The notes under the pieces are model-generated. The model did not search any database and was not told the DNA's origin. It worked only from the letters and a program-made list of their open reading frames with translations. DNA of 38,936 nt from a virus (lineage: Duplodnaviria > Heunggongvirae > Uroviricota > Caudoviricetes), in IMG/VR virus record IMGVR_UViG_2802429244_000013, positions 1 through 38,936 of that record. One strand, given 5' to 3'. The position numbers and the translations under genes were made by a program. This document shows positions 36,408 through 38,936 of this stretch, piece by piece (the first letter of the stretch is position 1; the number at the start of each line of letters is the position of its first letter).

Positions 36408-36436
36408 TTGACATATGTTCATCTAAATAGAACAAT
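36408..36436 (+). promoter_or_regulatory. PL-like promoter with operator, driving the rightward early operon
   Basis: TTGACA (36408-13), 17-nt spacer, AACAAT (36431-36); operator tgttcatctaaatagaaca (36416-36434) matches the PR-side operator at 17 of 19 positions. Confidence 0.45.
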
Positions 36437-36503
36437 GTATTCCATCAAAGCACAACGGTGCGACAGGTTTCAGTTCCGCCACCCGGCGTTAAGGGGAAAA
36501 AAG

Positions 36504-36722
36504 ATGGTTGGTGAAGATCTGGTTGTTATTAACGGTCAATTGTGCAGCAAAGATGTGGCAGCCATGCTTATTAGCAAGGTTCTTCCAACTGTGCTGGAGG
36601 TCATTGCAGAAAAAGTAAAGGCTGGTCGTCCAGACAAGGAAGTTGAAGAGGCGGCAAAAACAGTTGTTCATGCCGCTACAGAAGCAATTATTTTGAAGAG
36701 CCTAGTTTCGCCCAAGCCTTAA
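36504..36722 (+). CDS. hypothetical small protein (72 aa), first gene of the rightward early operon
   Basis: ATG at 36504 with AAGGGGAAAAAAG RBS; the track ORF extends upstream to GTG 36405. Confidence 0.45.
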   Translation: MVGEDLVVINGQLCSKDVAAMLISKVLPTVLEVIAEKVKAGRPDKEVEEAAKTVVHAATEAIILKSLVSPKP

Positions 36723-36882
36723 GTGAATCGGCGCTTTTTTTAGCATCACGTTCATTGAGTAGTGACAAAAACTCATTCTCAGCATTCTCGATTTCCGAGA
36801 AAAATTCTTGATGAGTTGTTTCTCGCTGCGATCTGATGCTGAAAGCTAAAGCAAGTAGCCAGGCTTTGTCTTTATTATCCAT
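36688..36882 (-). CDS. hypothetical small protein (64 aa)
   Basis: ATG at 36882 with TAAGGT RBS; convergent with and overlapping the 3' end of the preceding plus-strand gene. Confidence 0.3.
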   Translation of the reverse strand: MDNKDKAWLLALAFSIRSQRETTHQEFFSEIENAENEFLSLLNERDAKKSADSLKAWAKLGSSK

Positions 36883-37039
36883 AGGAATACCTTATTACTG
36901 GTTGTGTGAGAACTCCAGTATACCACCGAGCCTGAAGTGGTAAAAAGACAGGCGCACAACACGAAGGCGCATTTCCGGTATTCATAAAGAGTCGGTCTTG
37001 TCTGTTAAATTTAAATGGTGGGAGTGCGCCTCCGGTTGT

Positions 37040-37114
37040 AAATAACGACATTGCTGTGTGTAGTCTTGGCGGCATCAGTTTTTTCTTGAAGTTCGGCTGA
37101 TGTCCGCCCTTTTT
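37040..37114 (+). ncRNA. dicF: DicF-like small RNA candidate
   Basis: TTGGCGGCATCAGTTTT matches the recalled DicF core at 16 of 17 positions; long hairpin ggcggcatcag / ctgatgtccgcc then CTTTTT; lies between the repressor-proximal genes and the kilR-like gene. Confidence 0.35.
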
Positions 37115-37279
37115 AAAGTGAATTTTGTGATGCGGTGAATGCGGCTAAGCGCACGCGGAACAGTTAAAAGCATCAGTGTTATGGGTGGATTATCCGGCGT
37201 TAATTGTTAACTGGTTAACGTCACCTGGAGGCACCAGGCACCGCATCGACAAAATTCATTTGTAAAAATGGAGATAATT

Positions 37280-37501
37280 ATGATTGCTCATCACTTCGGA
37301 ACTGATGAAATACCACGTCAGTGTGTGACCCCTGGCGATTATGTTCTTCATGAAGGTCGGACATATATCGCCTCGGCAAACAATATTAAAAAGCGAAAAC
37401 TTTATATTCGTAGCCTGACTACAAAAACATGCATTTCTGACTGCATGATTAAAGTCTTCCTCGGTCGTGATGGTTTACCTGTAAAGGCGGAGTCATGGTA
37501 A
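37280..37501 (+). CDS. kilR: KilR-like small protein (73 aa), putative cell-division inhibitor
   Basis: ATG at 37280 with GGAG RBS; 73 aa; synteny with Rac kilR-ydaE-racC-recE. Confidence 0.45.
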   Translation: MIAHHFGTDEIPRQCVTPGDYVLHEGRTYIASANNIKKRKLYIRSLTTKTCISDCMIKVFLGRDGLPVKAESW

Positions 37502-37671
37502 TGACTAAGAAAATAAAATGTGCTTATCACCTTTGCAATAAAGAAATTGAAGAAAGCAAAATCATTACAAGACCACTTCATTTCATGCGTGGAGTTATAC
37601 CAACGACGGAAATGAAAAAATATTGTAGTGAAATCTGTGCCGAAAAAGACCAGATGGCACACGAACTTTAA
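37501..37671 (+). CDS. ydaE: YdaE-like small Cys-rich protein (56 aa)
   Basis: ATG overlaps the upstream stop (TAATG); hand translation [56 protein letters not shown] has two Cys pairs; below the 60-aa track cutoff. Confidence 0.5.
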   Translation: MTKKIKCAYHLCNKEIEESKIITRPLHFMRGVIPTTEMKKYCSEICAEKDQMAHEL

Positions 37672-37745
37672 TTAATTGACTATTCGAAACTGAATTTATG
37701 CCAGAAATGGTAGAGATTCGCTCAACCTTAATTAAGGAGAAAAAC

Positions 37746-38021
37746 ATGATTACCAATTATGAAGCCACTGTTGTAACTACCGATGACATTGTTCACGAGG
37801 TGAATCTGGAAGGAAAGCGCATTGGCTACGTAATTAAAACAGAAAATAAAGAAACCCCATTCACTGTGGTTGATATCGATGGTCCATCAGGCAACGTAAA
37901 AACACTTGATGAAGGTGTCACAAAAATGTGCCTGGTTCACATCGGAAAGAATCTGCCCGCAGAAAAAAAAGCCGGATTTCTGGCAACTCTGATCGCAATG
38001 AAATTAAACGGTGAAATCTGA
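37746..38021 (+). CDS. racC: RacC-like protein (91 aa)
   Basis: Track ORF 37698..38021; ATG at 37746 with AAGGAG RBS; size and synteny match Rac racC. Confidence 0.5.
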   Translation: MITNYEATVVTTDDIVHEVNLEGKRIGYVIKTENKETPFTVVDIDGPSGNVKTLDEGVTKMCLVHIGKNLPAEKKAGFLATLIAMKLNGEI

Positions 38022-38120
38022 AAAAAAGAAAGCCTGCACAGTGTGCAGGCCTGAGTGAAGAACCTGGGACATTTATTCATCACTCGCAGTAATTTTAATC
38101 TGAGTTGAGGTTAAAAAACA

Positions 38121-38936
38121 ATGAGCACAAAACCACTCTTCCTTTTACGGAAAGCGAAAAAATCATCCGGTGAACCTGACGTCGTCCTGTGGGCAAGTGA
38201 CGATTTTGAATCGACCTGCGCCACTCTGGACTACCTGATCGTTAAGTCAGGTAAAAAACTGAGCAACTATTTTAAAGCTGTTGCCACAAATTTTCCTGTC
38301 GTTAATGACCTTCCCCCTGAAGGTGAGATCGATTTTACCTGGAGTGAACGCTATCAACTCAGCAAAGACTCCATGACCTGGGAACTAAAACCGGGAGCAG
38401 CGCCAGACGACGTTCACCACCAGGATAATGCTCAAGAAACCAAAGAACTGGCGGGAGGCCAGGAAGAAAACGCGCAGGCAGACGCCCACGAGGATTGCCA
38501 GGATTGCGAAGTCTCTGTAGCCACTTTGCGGTTCACACAGCGTCTTCTGCACATTTTTACGTATGCAGCCGGGGATCGGAAATACCTGCATCATGCCACC
38601 CGTGAACAACGCAAACACATTACTGCTCTTGAGATGGATCAGGAAAACAGCTATGTCCAGAATCTGCTGTTGGCCATACGCAGCATGGCAGAACCGACAA
38701 CTCTGGATAATGCCGCCCTGCTCCGCCTGACTGATGCAATTAAGGCAGTGTTCTCTATCACGAAAAAACATCAGCCCTATGAATTTAAGAATTTCATTTC
38801 AGCCTGGCTGGATACCGAACACATTGATCGCGGTCTTCTGACAAAAGAATGGCGAAAAGGGAATCGTGTTTCACGCATCACTCGCACGGCTTCCGGTGCT
38901 AATGCTGGCGGCGGGAACCTCACCGATCGCGGCGAA
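38121..38936 (+). CDS. recE: exodeoxyribonuclease VIII (RecE) N-terminal part, runs off the window
   Basis: Hand translation from ATG 38121 is open to the window end (272 codons); [26 protein letters not shown]... and [35 protein letters not shown] match RecE as recalled; not in the ORF track because it has no stop in the window. Confidence 0.6.
   Translation, partial: MSTKPLFLLRKAKKSSGEPDVVLWASDDFESTCATLDYLIVKSGKKLSNYFKAVATNFPVVNDLPPEGEIDFTWSERYQLSKDSMTWELKPGAAPDDVHHQDNAQETKELAGGQEENAQADAHEDCQDCEVSVATLRFTQRLLHIFTYAAGDRKYLHHATREQRKHITALEMDQENSYVQNLLLAIRSMAEPTTLDNAALLRLTDAIKAVFSITKKHQPYEFKNFISAWLDTEHIDRGLLTKEWRKGNRVSRITRTASGANAGGGNLTDRGE

Noticed and set aside
36875-37075. 66-aa minus-strand ORF overlapping the DicF-like element
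   Set aside because: No RBS, a non-protein-like composition, and it covers the hairpin and terminator region; the RNA-element reading is preferred.
37501-37675. Apparent frameshift in an A-run splitting the ydaE-like small gene
   Set aside because: On recounting, the run after ATG at 37613 has six A residues and the 56-aa frame is intact with both Cys pairs; the suspected frameshift was a reading error.
38385-38771. 128-aa minus-strand ORF
   Set aside because: It lies antisense to the recE-like coding region, which has the recognisable protein sequence; most likely a shadow ORF.
1-38936. CRISPR arrays, IS elements or transposases, integrase
   Set aside because: No regularly spaced direct repeats, no transposase-like ORF and no tyrosine or serine integrase was seen; the integrase presumably lies beyond the right end of the window.

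Overview
The window is almost entirely one mosaic prophage (about 1.0-38.9 kb), with host flank at the left end (pphA-like phosphatase and a 63-aa ORF). All calls come from reading the ORF translations and the sequence by eye; no database search or computation was run, and family names rest on recalled motifs. The junction near 998-1023 carries what looks like the 3' end of the SdsR/RyeB sRNA, a known insertion hot spot. Most genes are on the minus strand. From left to right: truncated Pin-type invertase, tail fibre and assembly protein, Mu/SfV-like contractile-tail baseplate with two embedded small-protein genes, tape measure with a chaperone showing a -1 frameshift extension, tube, sheath, head genes, portal, TerL, TerS with an internal octamer repeat array, lysis cassette (holin, lambda R-like endolysin, Rz/Rz1), an orphan opposite-strand 179-aa gene, Rha-like regulator, quuD-type Q with a pR'/tR'-like module, a hok/sok-type toxin-antitoxin locus, replication genes, and a DicA/RacR-type immunity region with YdaS/YdaT. 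The right end carries a DicF-like sRNA candidate, KilR/YdaE/RacC-like genes and the 5' part of recE. No tRNA, CRISPR array, IS element or integrase was seen. The best candidates for something undescribed are the orphan opposite-strand genes at 24252-24791 and 34515-34970 and the two small-protein genes inside the baseplate operon.
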